IMG/VR virus record: IMGVR_UViG_2934897587_000001
Coordinates: 1,460-65,459 of that record
Reading direction: 5' to 3' (one strand)
Source of the DNA: a virus
Taxonomy: Duplodnaviria > Caudoviricetes
Length of the DNA stretch: 64,000 nt
Part shown: piece by piece, positions 8,836-18,912 of the stretch
Numbering within the stretch: position 1 is the first letter of the stretch
Layout of the letters: the number at the start of each line of letters is the position of its first letter
Made by a program: the position numbers and the translations under genes
Notes under the pieces: model-generated
The model's database searches: none
Told to the model about the DNA's origin: nothing
What the model saw: only the letters and a program-made list of their open reading frames with translations

Positions 8836-9943
8836 CCGTCTGACCGAGATCGCGGCCCGCGCGGCCGCCGCCTACGAGCCCCTGTCGCCGGAGAACCGCG
8901 CGGCGCTCGCCGATCTGATCGGCGACACCGCCCGGCCGGCCGGGCCCGACTTCCTGCTCCGGCTGGGCCACACGGTGAAGGACTGCCGGACCCACGACCA
9001 CGAGGCCGGCGAGGACATCTTCTGCGGGAACCTCCACGGCTGGATGGGCGAGCGGATGGCCCTGGTCGTGCGCCGCCTGCTCGACGCCGAAGCCGAGCTG
9101 GAGCGGCGGTCGGCCCGCGCCGAAACCTGCGGTAGCGACCTCGGCCCCGGCTATACCTGCCAGCGCCCCGCCCGACACGACGGTGACTGCGAGCCGACGC
9201 CGGACACGGCTGCCGAGGCGGCAGAACTGCGCGAGCAGTTGGACGCCTACGAGGTGATGAACCCGCAGCAGTGCCAGGCCAGCAAGCACGCTGACTGGCT
9301 CGTCGACTCCGAGCACACCCACACCTGCCCGTGGTGCGAGATCGAGCGCCTGCGCGCCGAGCTGGAGAAGTACGTGGGCAAGGAGCCCACCCGCGACGAG
9401 GAAGCGCAGCACGTGAACCGCTGCCTCAACGCGGTGTACGACGCCTGCGAGGCCGCACGCCGGGACGGCCGCGTGCTGACCGTCGAGGAGATCGAGCAGG
9501 CCGCCGACGGCAACCGGCCCGGCGCCCGGAAGACCCTCACCGAGACCCTGGCAGAGCTGGCGTCCCGGGCCCACCGGGTCGCCGGGTCCCACCAGCGGTT
9601 CATCGAAGACCACTCCGACCCCGGCACCGATGCGCTATGCGCACAGTACGAACTCGCCCAGGCCCTCATCCGGATCGAGGAGAAGGGCAAGCGGGAGCCG
9701 GGCGCCGAGCCCGACATTCCGTGGGCGACGGCGCGCCACGTCCTGTGGACGTTCGGCGAGGACGGCGGGATGCGCCCCGGCTCCTTCACCCAGCAGCTCA
9801 TCGACACCTGCGCCCGCGCCGACGTCATGCACCTGGCCCGGCTCGCCCAGGCGTACCCCGCCGAGGCGCACGCCGTGCACCTGGCGAAGAACACCGAGGA
9901 CGGCATCACCCGCCTCCAGGTCATCGCTGGGGGTGCGGCGTGA
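8828..9943 (+). CDS. Hypothetical mosaic phage protein
   Basis: GGAGG RBS, GTG start, Cys/His clusters. Confidence 0.7.
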   Translation: MADRLTEIAARAAAAYEPLSPENRAALADLIGDTARPAGPDFLLRLGHTVKDCRTHDHEAGEDIFCGNLHGWMGERMALVVRRLLDAEAELERRSARAETCGSDLGPGYTCQRPARHDGDCEPTPDTAAEAAELREQLDAYEVMNPQQCQASKHADWLVDSEHTHTCPWCEIERLRAELEKYVGKEPTRDEEAQHVNRCLNAVYDACEAARRDGRVLTVEEIEQAADGNRPGARKTLTETLAELASRAHRVAGSHQRFIEDHSDPGTDALCAQYELAQALIRIEEKGKREPGAEPDIPWATARHVLWTFGEDGGMRPGSFTQQLIDTCARADVMHLARLAQAYPAEAHAVHLAKNTEDGITRLQVIAGGAA

Positions 9944-10842
9944 CGGACACCGCGCTGGCCGGGGAGCGATCCCCGGCCGCCGGCCCGGTCGTGGTCGGTC
10001 GCTTCGAGCCCGGCTCGGAGGAGTGGCACGCGGCCCGAGGGGACGGGATCGGCGGCAGCGAGATCGCCGCGGTCCTCGGCATCAGCCCGTACGAGTCGAA
10101 GTTCTCCTTGTGGCACCGCAAGCAGGGGCTTATCCCGCCGGTCGCGGAGTCCGAGGAGATGTACTGGGGCAAGGTCCACGAGCCCGGCATCTGCCGCAGG
10201 TTCGCCGAGCTGCACCCCGAGCACCCGCTGAACGTCGCCCCGACGTACGCCGCGGCCGCCCGCCGCTGGCAGATCGCCAACCCCGACAGGGTCTGGGGCC
10301 CGGATCTGCTGGAAGCCAAGACGGCCAGGACGGCGGACGGCTGGGGCGAGCCGGGCACCGACGAGATCCCGGTGCACTACCGGGCCCAGGCCATGCAGTA
10401 CCTCGACGTTCTTCAGCGGCGCCGCTGCTGGGTCGCAGTCCTGATCGCCGGGTCCGAGTACCGCGAGTACGTCGTGGAGTACGACCCCGCCGAGGCGCAG
10501 TTGCTCCGCACCGCGGGCGCCGAGTTCATGGCCAGCCTCGCCGCCGGGGCCCGGCCGGACATCGACGGTCACACCGCCACCTACCAGGCCATCAAGGCCC
10601 TGCCCGACGGCATGGACGACCTCGACATCGAGATCGCGGCCGAGCTGCGGGACGAGTACTTCGCCGCGCTCGACACCGCCAAGACCGCCGAGGACGAGAA
10701 GCGCCGCCTGGCCGGCCTCGTCCTCGACGAGATCGGCACCGGCCACCGCGCCGTCGCCGACGGCCGCACCGTCGCCACCCGAACCGTCCACGACGGCCGC
10801 ACCCACTCCCTCCAGCCCGCACGAAACCGGAGCGCAGCATGA
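9940..10842 (+). CDS. YqaJ-like viral recombination exonuclease
   Basis: EWHAARGDGIGGSE, ANPDR, LLEAKT, YRAQAMQY motifs. Confidence 0.92.
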   Translation: MTDTALAGERSPAAGPVVVGRFEPGSEEWHAARGDGIGGSEIAAVLGISPYESKFSLWHRKQGLIPPVAESEEMYWGKVHEPGICRRFAELHPEHPLNVAPTYAAAARRWQIANPDRVWGPDLLEAKTARTADGWGEPGTDEIPVHYRAQAMQYLDVLQRRRCWVAVLIAGSEYREYVVEYDPAEAQLLRTAGAEFMASLAAGARPDIDGHTATYQAIKALPDGMDDLDIEIAAELRDEYFAALDTAKTAEDEKRRLAGLVLDEIGTGHRAVADGRTVATRTVHDGRTHSLQPARNRSAA

Positions 10843-11102
10843 CCCGGCCGTCGAAACACCCCCAGGTCCGTCACGCCGACGCCGCCCAGCGCATGAGGCA
10901 GAGCCCCGGCACGTGGCTGTACGTCACCACCCACCCCGCCCGCTACTCCGCCCAGGCCACCGCCTCCCGCATCAGCGGCGCCCACTACGCGCCGTACGCC
11001 CCGGCCGGGGCGTACGAGGCGCGCACCGAGCCCACCGAGACCGAGACCGCCGTCTACGCCCGCTACGTCGGCGCTGCGGCACAGAACGGGAGCACCGCAT
11101 GA
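10839..11102 (+). CDS. Hypothetical phage protein
   Basis: ATGA overlaps at both ends; YAPAGAYEART...VYARYVG. Confidence 0.7.
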   Translation: MTRPSKHPQVRHADAAQRMRQSPGTWLYVTTHPARYSAQATASRISGAHYAPYAPAGAYEARTEPTETETAVYARYVGAAAQNGSTA

Positions 11103-11959
11103 CCGGCCAGACCATCGGCAACGCCGTCGCCGTCCGTGAGAACGGGCCCGGTGCGCTCGTCGCCCAGCATCGCGCAGACATCGAACTCGTCATGCCCAGC
11201 CACATGCAGGCCCGCGTCGGCGCCTGGATTCGCACCACGCAGGGGCTGCTGCGCCGTGACGAGAAGCTGCTGGAAGCTGCGCAGAACGACCCCGGCCAGT
11301 TCATGTCCGTACTCCTCGATGCCGCCCGCCTCGGCCTCGAACCCGGCACTGAGCAGTACTACCTGGTCCCGCGCTGGAACAGGAAGAAGCGCTGCACCGA
11401 GGTCACCGGCGTTCGCGGCTACCAGGGCGAGATCGAGCTGATGTACAGGGCGGGCGCCGTGTCGTCCGTGATCGTCGAAGTGGTCCGGGACAAGGACGAC
11501 TTCGAGTACGAGCCCGGCATCGACGAACGCCCCCGCCACAAGATCGACTGGGGCTTGGACCTGGAACATCGGGGGGAACTCCGCCTCGTCTACGCCTACG
11601 CGGTCATGAAGGACGGCGCCACGTCCAAGGTCGTCGTCCTCAACAAGGGGCACATCGCCAAGGCCCGTGCCAAGTCCGACAGCGCGAACGGCAAGTCCCC
11701 CCACCTCTCCCCGTGGGCCACCGACGAAGAGGCCATGTGGCTGAAGACGGCCGCACACCGGCTGACGAAGTGGGTGCCCACCTCGGCCGAGTACATCCGC
11801 GAGCAGCTGCGAGCCAAGGCCGACGTGGACGCCGAGCAGCAGCCGGCGCCCCTCCCCACCGGGCCACTGCCGCAGCCGTTCGACTCCTCCGAGCCTGACG
11901 AGGACGACGACGCGATCGACGGCGAGATCGTGGACGACGAGGGCGAGGTGCGGTCGTGA
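11099..11959 (+). CDS. recT: RecT-family single-strand annealing protein
   Basis: AARLGLEPG, YYLVP, GYQGEIELMYRAG, SPW...MWLKT; acidic tail; next to exonuclease. Confidence 0.92.
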   Translation: MTGQTIGNAVAVRENGPGALVAQHRADIELVMPSHMQARVGAWIRTTQGLLRRDEKLLEAAQNDPGQFMSVLLDAARLGLEPGTEQYYLVPRWNRKKRCTEVTGVRGYQGEIELMYRAGAVSSVIVEVVRDKDDFEYEPGIDERPRHKIDWGLDLEHRGELRLVYAYAVMKDGATSKVVVLNKGHIAKARAKSDSANGKSPHLSPWATDEEAMWLKTAAHRLTKWVPTSAEYIREQLRAKADVDAEQQPAPLPTGPLPQPFDSSEPDEDDDAIDGEIVDDEGEVRS

Positions 11960-12219
11960 GCCGCCGGAGCCGCCAGGCCGCAGCGCTGGCCCGGGCCGTG
12001 ACCCGGCTGACCAGGGACCGGCGCCGCCACCAGGCCCGCATCGACCGCCTGGCCCGCGCCCTGTGGGCCACCCGCCGCGAACTCGCCGCGCAGAAGCGCG
12101 TCAACAACCGGTTGGCCGATCAGTTGTTCTCCGCCATGGGCTACCCGGACGCAGCGCTGAAGCGCCTGGACGTGCCCACCCCCGCCGCCGGCCGCGAGCC
12201 GGGAGAGGTGACCTCATGA
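11956..12219 (+). CDS. Hypothetical coiled-coil protein
   Basis: GTGA overlap. Confidence 0.6.
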   Translation: MSRRSRQAAALARAVTRLTRDRRRHQARIDRLARALWATRRELAAQKRVNNRLADQLFSAMGYPDAALKRLDVPTPAAGREPGEVTS

Positions 12220-12518
12220 AGACGATCATCATGCCGCGCCGTGCGTCCGCCGACGACTGGCGCAGGCACGCCGCCTGCAAGGGGGCTGACCCCGACCTGC
12301 ACTTCCCCGCAGGCGACACCGGGCCGTCACTGCTGCAGATCGAGGAAGCACGCACAGTCTGCCACCAGTGCCCGGTGATGCTGCTCTGCCAGGACTGGGC
12401 ATTGACCACCCGCGAGGAACACGGCGTGTGGGGCGGCCTGTCCGAGGCCGAGCGCCGCAGCATCCTCCGGCAGCGCGCCCGGACCGCCGCGAAGGCCAGG
12501 ACGGGGGCCAGCGCATGA
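12216..12518 (+). CDS. whiB: WhiB-family Fe-S transcription factor
   Basis: W...AAC, C-x2-CPV-x3-C, GVWGGLSE. Confidence 0.93.
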   Translation: MKTIIMPRRASADDWRRHAACKGADPDLHFPAGDTGPSLLQIEEARTVCHQCPVMLLCQDWALTTREEHGVWGGLSEAERRSILRQRARTAAKARTGASA

Positions 12519-12778
12519 GCCCCGCCGAGACGGTACTACTCCTCGTGTTCTGGGTCTTGGTCGCCGTGGCCGTCGCGCTCCGGCTCGGGCCGCACCTCCG
12601 CCGTCGCGCTCATGCGGTCGTTGCCCCGTCCTACGCGTCCTTCACCGAGCACCCGACGGGTGCCCGCTGGCTCATGTGCGACACCACCACCTGCGCCCGC
12701 CTGCAAACCATCCACACCCCGCAGCCCGGCGGCGCCTACCGCTGCACCACCTGCGGCCACACCAAGGGGGACCAGTGA
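12515..12778 (+). CDS. Hypothetical protein (TM segment plus zinc ribbon)
   Basis: Hydrophobic N-terminus; CDTTTC/CTTC. Confidence 0.6.
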   Translation: MSPAETVLLLVFWVLVAVAVALRLGPHLRRRAHAVVAPSYASFTEHPTGARWLMCDTTTCARLQTIHTPQPGGAYRCTTCGHTKGDQ

Positions 12779-13326
12779 CCATCCGCACGGACGTCGCCGA
12801 CCTCCTCCACCAGGGCCTGTCCGACAGTGCCATCAGCCGCCGCCTCCACTGCGACGCCAAGGCAGTCGCCCGAACCCGCACCGCACTTGGTCTCCCGAAG
12901 GCGAAGTCCGGCTACCGCGCTGCGGCGTCCGTCTTCGACCTGTTCCACGCCCGCACCGAGCCCGTCGAGGGTGGCCACCTGCGGTGGACGGGCTACACCA
13001 GCAAGGCTGGCCTGGCCAGCGTCCGGTACGCCGGCCGCCAACACACCGCCTTCCGTGTCGCCTTCCGTATCCAGCACGGCCGCGAGCCGGTCGGACACTG
13101 CGCCTCCGACTGCGGCATGGCTGGCTGCGTGGCTCCCGCCCACGTCGAGGACGACGCCACCCGCACCCGCAACCGCGCCGCTTACGCCGGCCTGATCGGT
13201 GTTGAGAGTCCGACCGACGCCTGCCGCCGCGGGCACGCCGCCGCTGAACACCGCCGGTACCGCCGCGACGGCCGACCGTACTGCCTGCCCTGCACCACCG
13301 GCACTACCGCAGAAGCGCGGGCATGA
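12775..13326 (+). CDS. HTH plus degenerate HNH/His-Me finger protein
   Basis: GHLRWTG...CGMAGCVAPAH; CRRGH...CLPC. Confidence 0.65.
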   Translation: MTIRTDVADLLHQGLSDSAISRRLHCDAKAVARTRTALGLPKAKSGYRAAASVFDLFHARTEPVEGGHLRWTGYTSKAGLASVRYAGRQHTAFRVAFRIQHGREPVGHCASDCGMAGCVAPAHVEDDATRTRNRAAYAGLIGVESPTDACRRGHAAAEHRRYRRDGRPYCLPCTTGTTAEARA

Positions 13327-13607
13327 CCACGGGCCCACGGTCGTGCGAGGGCGTCGGCGAGCACACCGGACCGGTGCGCCCGTACGCCATGGGCTGGCTC
13401 TGCTCCCGGCACTCGCCGTGGGGCAGGGCCGGCCAGCCCGAGCCGCAGCCGGGGCCCGGCTGGCCGTCCGACGCCTGGTCGACGCCCAGCCCGCAGTCCG
13501 CCTCCGCCGTCACCGACGCCCGCGCCGTCGCCTCCGGCAAACGCCGCAGCTCACCCGCCACCTACCGCGCCGCACAAGCCGCAGTCCGGAAGGACAAGAC
13601 ACCGTGA
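13323..13607 (+). CDS. Hypothetical phage protein
   Basis: ATGA overlap; RPYAMGWLC. Confidence 0.65.
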   Translation: MTTGPRSCEGVGEHTGPVRPYAMGWLCSRHSPWGRAGQPEPQPGPGWPSDAWSTPSPQSASAVTDARAVASGKRRSSPATYRAAQAAVRKDKTP

Positions 13608-13876
13608 ACCACACCACCCCGCAGCCGGCCGAGGGCCGGTGCACGCGCTGCAAGCAGCCCCGCCCGCTGTTCCCCTACAAGCCGCTGCACAACTGCGTCG
13701 AGGCAGCCGGCCGGGTCGACCTGGCCGAAGCCGCCGAGTGGATCGCCGAGATCGAGTCGAACGGCGACCGCTGGTGCCAGGCCCTCATCGAGCGCCGCCC
13801 CCGGCCGATGTGCGTCCGGTGCCACGACCGCGAAGCCGCTGAAGAGCAGCAGCACATCGACCAGATGGAGCTGTGA
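13604..13876 (+). CDS. Hypothetical zinc-finger protein
   Basis: CTRC / CVRC. Confidence 0.6.
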   Translation: MNHTTPQPAEGRCTRCKQPRPLFPYKPLHNCVEAAGRVDLAEAAEWIAEIESNGDRWCQALIERRPRPMCVRCHDREAAEEQQHIDQMEL

Positions 13877-14151
13877 TGCGGCCCCGGATCCGCTACACGG
13901 ACTGGCCGCGCCCCGCGATCGAGCTGACGGATACACCGCGGCCTGGCTGCTGGGACTGCGCGGGAGCCGGCGGCATCGAGTACGGCGGCACGGTCGGTGA
14001 CGACGGCGAAGTCATCGACGACCCGATCACCGACTACTGCGACTGCTGGGACCCGGCCCGCGCCTGGCTCCTCACGTACGTCCCCCGCTGGATCGCCCGC
14101 CGCTGGCTCGGCTGGACGCCCCGCCCCTACTACGACGCCCCGCCCTTCTGA
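13876..14151 (+). CDS. Hypothetical protein
   Basis: TGATG coupling; CWDCAG...CDCW. Confidence 0.6.
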   Translation: MRPRIRYTDWPRPAIELTDTPRPGCWDCAGAGGIEYGGTVGDDGEVIDDPITDYCDCWDPARAWLLTYVPRWIARRWLGWTPRPYYDAPPF

Positions 14152-14165
14152 CCAGGAGATCAACC

Positions 14166-14603
14166 ATGACCGACCAGCCGTACACCGATGCCGACCTCTG
14201 CGCCGAAGCCGCCCGCCAGCACGCCGTCCTCGCCGCCGACCCGGACTTCATGGGCATCGGCGAGCAGATGGAAGGAGCCACTATCCCCTCCACAGTCGTC
14301 AAGCTGGAGCCGGAGACCGGTGAAGCCGTGGAGTTCCGCCAGACCTGGGACATGCTCAGCGAACCCGCTTTCGAGACGGCCCAGAAGGCCATCGACGACC
14401 TGCTCAACAAGGCCGCCGACCTGTCCAAGTGGGCGGTACGCCTCGGTGCCGACGGGCTACAGCCCGATTCGCACCTGCTCACCATCGGCGCCGCTGAACG
14501 CCCCATCGCCCGCATCCACTTCGCCTTCGCCCCCGACATGGACGACGAGGTGCGCACCGCCCTCGTCGAAGGCATCGGCCAGGCCATCGCCGACGTCCTG
14601 TAG
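14166..14603 (+). CDS. Hypothetical protein
   Basis: AGGAG RBS; acidic 145 aa ORF. Confidence 0.7.
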   Translation: MTDQPYTDADLCAEAARQHAVLAADPDFMGIGEQMEGATIPSTVVKLEPETGEAVEFRQTWDMLSEPAFETAQKAIDDLLNKAADLSKWAVRLGADGLQPDSHLLTIGAAERPIARIHFAFAPDMDDEVRTALVEGIGQAIADVL

Positions 14604-14688
14604 CCCCACCCCGCACGGCCCCGGGGCGGGGCGACCACACCCCCGCCCCGGGCGCACACCACCGCACGAACGCGAGAGAGAAGCCGCG

Positions 14689-15591
14689 ATGTCCTGGTTC
14701 AAGATCGACGACGGGTTTCACTGCCACCCCAAGGTGTTCGCAGCCGGCACGCCCGCCATCGGCTTGTACGTCCGATGCGGCTCGTGGGCGGCGCAGCAGG
14801 AAACCGACGGAGTGATCCCCAAGCAGATCGCCCGCATGTACGGCACACCCCGGATGATCAAGGCGCTGGTGGACGCCGGGCTGTGGCATGACGCCACCCA
14901 CGAATGCGAGGCGTGCCCCAAACTCGCACCCAACTCGTACGCGATCCATCAGTACTTGGACCGCAACCCGAGTCGAGTTGAGAACGACTTGGCACGCAAA
15001 GCGAAGTCGAAGCGCCAACAGAAATGGCGCGAGGGCAAGCGAAACCAGCAGGCCAACGACGATTCCGCCCCCAATGTAGACGCCGATGTAGACGCGTCTA
15101 CGCGCCGTCACGGAGACGCTGCCCCCGACCCCACCCGCCCCGTCCCGTCCCAGGTTCCTCCTACGGAGGAACCACCCCCCTACCCCCCGCAGCACGACAA
15201 CCTGCACGACAACCTGCCCGCCACCTTCACCTCAGGCCAGGCGGCAGCAGTAGGCCCCGACTGGCTCCAGCCCCTCACCGCAGCCATGGGCACCGCCGGA
15301 ATGCACGTCCCGTGGAAGTTCAAGGGCGACGACCTGATCCGACTGCACAACGACATCAAGCGGCTCGGCGTCCCGCTGATGGTCGAACAGGCCCGACGCA
15401 GCTGGCAGTCCGCCCGCACCCCCGTCGTCTCGTCGCGGTTCTTCTACGACAGCTGGCACTCCCTCCCCACCCCGCAGGCCACCGACGGCCGCCCCTCCCT
15501 GCACGCCGTCGGCGGCCCCTCGAAGACCAGCGACTACCTGGCCGGCATGGCCGCCATCGCTGACGAACTCCGCGCAGGAGGCATGCAGTGA
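14689..15591 (+). CDS. Phage replication initiator / replisome organiser
   Basis: MSWFKIDDGFHCHPK...TDGVIP...LVDAGLW N-terminus; internal DNA repeats; Pro-rich linker. Confidence 0.8.
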   Translation: MSWFKIDDGFHCHPKVFAAGTPAIGLYVRCGSWAAQQETDGVIPKQIARMYGTPRMIKALVDAGLWHDATHECEACPKLAPNSYAIHQYLDRNPSRVENDLARKAKSKRQQKWREGKRNQQANDDSAPNVDADVDASTRRHGDAAPDPTRPVPSQVPPTEEPPPYPPQHDNLHDNLPATFTSGQAAAVGPDWLQPLTAAMGTAGMHVPWKFKGDDLIRLHNDIKRLGVPLMVEQARRSWQSARTPVVSSRFFYDSWHSLPTPQATDGRPSLHAVGGPSKTSDYLAGMAAIADELRAGGMQ

Positions 15592-16235
15592 ACCCCGAAG
15601 ACGTACCCAAGCTCATCGCGCAGATCGCCCTTGCCGACCCGCGTGTGAAGCGTGAGAACGAGTTTGAGCGCCGTGCCCAGGTGCTGATGTGGGCCGGGAT
15701 CCTCGCTGAAGTCCCGTACGACTACGGGATCAAGGCCGCGCACGAGCACTACGCCCAGTCCGTCTGGCCGATCCTCCCCGCCGACATCGCCACCCGCTGG
15801 ACGGCGACGGTCCGGGACCGGATGAACCGGCACACCGACCCCACGCCGATCGCCGACCCGGACGATGAGGCAGCCTGGCGGGCTGAACTCCTCGCCACCC
15901 GGCACTCCGTGGTCACAGGCCAGGCCGCCCCCGCACCGCTGAAAGAGCTGACGGCCAGCCCGGCCGACGAGGTACAGGAACGGTTGGACCGGATCGGCCG
16001 ATACCTGCCCGGCGAGATCGGCGAGCAGCTCGCCCGATACCGGCCGGTGCGCGCCGAGCGCGAACGCCGCGCCCGCGCAGGCGAGCCCGACCCGCTCGAC
16101 GTCCGCTGCAACTGGTGCCGGGCCCCAGCCGGAGAACCTTGTCGGCAGGGCAAGAACCTCGCTCGTCGCCGGACGCCGCATCCCTCCCGCATCGATGCCG
16201 CTGCTGCTCGGCAGAACCAGGAGCCGACGCCGTGA
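15588..16235 (+). CDS. Helicase loader/inhibitor-like protein with C-terminal zinc finger
   Basis: Follows initiator; CNWCRAPAGEPC...HPSR. Confidence 0.65.
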   Translation: MNPEDVPKLIAQIALADPRVKRENEFERRAQVLMWAGILAEVPYDYGIKAAHEHYAQSVWPILPADIATRWTATVRDRMNRHTDPTPIADPDDEAAWRAELLATRHSVVTGQAAPAPLKELTASPADEVQERLDRIGRYLPGEIGEQLARYRPVRAERERRARAGEPDPLDVRCNWCRAPAGEPCRQGKNLARRRTPHPSRIDAAAARQNQEPTP

Positions 16236-16594
16236 CCGCCACCGCGATACCCGCCGCCGCACGAGCCGTCATCCTCGCCGCCCTCGACGACTACAGGCTG
16301 AACACCCCACCCACGGACACCAAGCCCGCCGCCGCTGCCCACCGCGTCGTCGAGTACCTGGCATCCAGCGGCTTCACAGCCCGCCAGCCCGGCGACCGGC
16401 CCCGCCCCTACTGGGACCGCGCGTTCCCCTCCGAGGCCGCCATCGAGATCCGTGACGCGCTCGCCCTCCACTGCCTGCTCGTCGACCCCCAGCAGGCCAC
16501 CCCCGCCAGCCAGACCGAGCGGATCGTCACCGACCTGATTGCCGCCGGCTGGCTGATCGTCCCCGACACCCGCACCAGGAGCGCCGCCGCATGA
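16232..16594 (+). CDS. Hypothetical protein with two similar internal domains
   Basis: GTGA overlap. Confidence 0.6.
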   Translation: MTATAIPAAARAVILAALDDYRLNTPPTDTKPAAAAHRVVEYLASSGFTARQPGDRPRPYWDRAFPSEAAIEIRDALALHCLLVDPQQATPASQTERIVTDLIAAGWLIVPDTRTRSAAA

Positions 16595-17223
16595 ACTGCA
16601 CCGCCTGCACCCACCCGCTCGACGCTCCCGCCCAGCTCTGCCCGGCATGCCACTGCGGCCTCGACGCCCGGCTCGCCGAACTCCCGGCGCAGTACCTGCT
16701 GCTGGCCGAGCACCTCCGCCCGGGGGGCGCGGCCCGCGGCGACGGCCCCGTGGCCCTCGTCCGGACGCCGCCGCTCCCGGTCCGCGAGGACATCCTCGAC
16801 ATGCGCACGGCCGGCGGCATGGTCACCATGCTGGAGACCTGGCGGGAGGCTATGCAGGAAGCCCGCGGCTGGGGCCGACCCGCCCGGTCCGGCACGGTGG
16901 AGCGGCGCGTGCTCGCCGCCGCCAGAGGCCTCCAGCTCAACCTCGACTGGATCGCCGCCGAGTTCGAGGGCGCCGGGGACCTGGCCCGGGAGATACGCGC
17001 CCTGGCCGGGCACGTGCGCGCGCTCCTCGACCCGGCGCCGCACACGCTCTCCGTCGGTGACTGCGCCGCGGACCTGGGGGCCGGCGATATCTGCGGCGCC
17101 CCGCTCCGCGCCTCCGCGGGCAGCACTACCGTCCGCTGCCGCCGCTGCGGGACGGACTACCCGCCGAACACCTGGCTCACCTTGGCCACCGGCGCCTGGG
17201 CACCCGCGGGGGCGGCAGCGTGA
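16591..17223 (+). CDS. Zinc-binding phage protein
   Basis: CTAC, CPAC, C...CGAPL...CRRC. Confidence 0.7.
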   Translation: MNCTACTHPLDAPAQLCPACHCGLDARLAELPAQYLLLAEHLRPGGAARGDGPVALVRTPPLPVREDILDMRTAGGMVTMLETWREAMQEARGWGRPARSGTVERRVLAAARGLQLNLDWIAAEFEGAGDLAREIRALAGHVRALLDPAPHTLSVGDCAADLGAGDICGAPLRASAGSTTVRCRRCGTDYPPNTWLTLATGAWAPAGAAA

Positions 17224-17372
17224 CCCCGCGCGCCCCGCTGTACGCCCGCCTGAGCGCCCCACACCCCCTCGCCCGACCGGGACCGCCGCCGCACCACAGT
17301 TCACGCCCTGCCGCGACACCTGGGCCGCCACCACCGCCCCACCTGGCACACCGTCACCGAGGAGACCGACCG

Positions 17373-18803
17373 ATGACCCAGTACTACCGCGATGAGCAGG
17401 TGACCCTGCACCTCGGCGACAGCCTCGACGTCCTCCCCACCCTCCCCGACGCCTCCGTAGATGCCGTGGTGTGTGACCCGCCGTACGAGCTGGGGTTTAT
17501 GGGCAAAGCGTGGGACGCCTCCGGCATCGCCTACAACGGCGACATCTGGCGGCAGTGCTGGCGCGTCCTCAAGCCCGGCGGACATCTGCTCGCCTTCGGC
17601 GGCACACGGACCTACCACCGCATGACCGTCGCCATCGAAGACGCCGGGTTCGAGATCCGTGACTCCTTGCACTGGATCTACGGCAGCGGCTTCCCCAAGG
17701 GACAGGACATCGCCAAGTCCATAGACCGGCGTCGTGACGACCGCGAGCAGGTGCTGCAGGTGACTGCCTGGCTCAAGTCCGCCCGCGACGCGGCCGGCTG
17801 GACAACCGCCCGGTTGAACGAACTGTTCGGCTTCCACCGGGGCGGACAGGCACAGCATTGGACGACGCAGGGGGTTGCCGCTGCTGTGCCGACGCCGGAG
17901 CAGTGGGACCGGCTGAGAGACGCACTCGGGTTCGATGACGCTGCCATACGGCCGCTGGTCGCCGAACTCAACGGGCGCAAAGGTGCAGTCGGCGAAGCAT
18001 GGGCGCGGCGCCAGGTGATCGGACGCCGGCCCTCCGGCCTCGCGAATGGGGCCACCAGCCTGTTCTTGCAAGGCACCACCGGGCATGCGTCAGATGGATC
18101 GGTCCCGATCACGGCCCCGGCCTCCGATGCTGCAAAGCAATGGCAAGGCTGGAACACCGCATTGAAGCCAGCACATGAGCCGATCGTGCTCGCCCGCAAG
18201 TCCACTGGGTTCAACACGACGGTCGCCAATGTGCTGGAGAACGGCACGGGCGCTCTCAACATCGACGGCTGCCGGACCGCGGCCGGGCAGGACTACCACG
18301 AGAAATGCGCCTCCGTCGTTGGCCTCGACAGCCCACGCAACGGGGCCACCTTGGGCGATTGGACGGGCGTTCGCGGGGACTCGGCGCACGAAGCGGGGCG
18401 ATGGCCAACGAACGTGGCCTTCGGGCACGGACCGGACTGCTTCCCTGACGGCGCCTGTCAGCTCGGGTGCCCCGTGCCGGACATCGGAACCGCAGCTCGG
18501 TACTTCCCCGCCTTCCGCTACGAGGTCAAGGCATCCGGGGCCGAGCGACCCCGGGGCGAGGACGGCACCGCGCACCCCACCGTCAAGCCGATCGCCCTGA
18601 TGCGGTGGCTGGTGCGGCTCGTCACCCCGCCCGGCGGCCTGGTCCTCGACCCGTTCGCCGGATCCGGCACCACGCTGGAAGCTGCAGCCGTCGAGGGGTT
18701 CCGCGCGGTCGGCGTCGAGCAGCACGAGCCGTACGCCGCCCTGTGCCGAGCCCGCCTGTCCAAGCCGATCGCCGGCGTTCTCGACTTCGACACCACCGCC
18801 TGA
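17373..18803 (+). CDS. Beta-class N6-adenine/N4-cytosine DNA methyltransferase with inserted HTH
   Basis: Motif IV DPPY before motif I DPFAGSGTT; HPTVKP; GAGGAG RBS. Confidence 0.92.
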   Translation: MTQYYRDEQVTLHLGDSLDVLPTLPDASVDAVVCDPPYELGFMGKAWDASGIAYNGDIWRQCWRVLKPGGHLLAFGGTRTYHRMTVAIEDAGFEIRDSLHWIYGSGFPKGQDIAKSIDRRRDDREQVLQVTAWLKSARDAAGWTTARLNELFGFHRGGQAQHWTTQGVAAAVPTPEQWDRLRDALGFDDAAIRPLVAELNGRKGAVGEAWARRQVIGRRPSGLANGATSLFLQGTTGHASDGSVPITAPASDAAKQWQGWNTALKPAHEPIVLARKSTGFNTTVANVLENGTGALNIDGCRTAAGQDYHEKCASVVGLDSPRNGATLGDWTGVRGDSAHEAGRWPTNVAFGHGPDCFPDGACQLGCPVPDIGTAARYFPAFRYEVKASGAERPRGEDGTAHPTVKPIALMRWLVRLVTPPGGLVLDPFAGSGTTLEAAAVEGFRAVGVEQHEPYAALCRARLSKPIAGVLDFDTTA

Positions 18804-18912
18804 TGGGCGCCGTCGTGCTGTTCGTCGCCCTCATCTGCGTAACCACCAGCGCCATCACCGGCAGCCCCGACCACAGCCGATTCACCGGCCGCCCGAAGGA
18901 GACCGACCGCCC

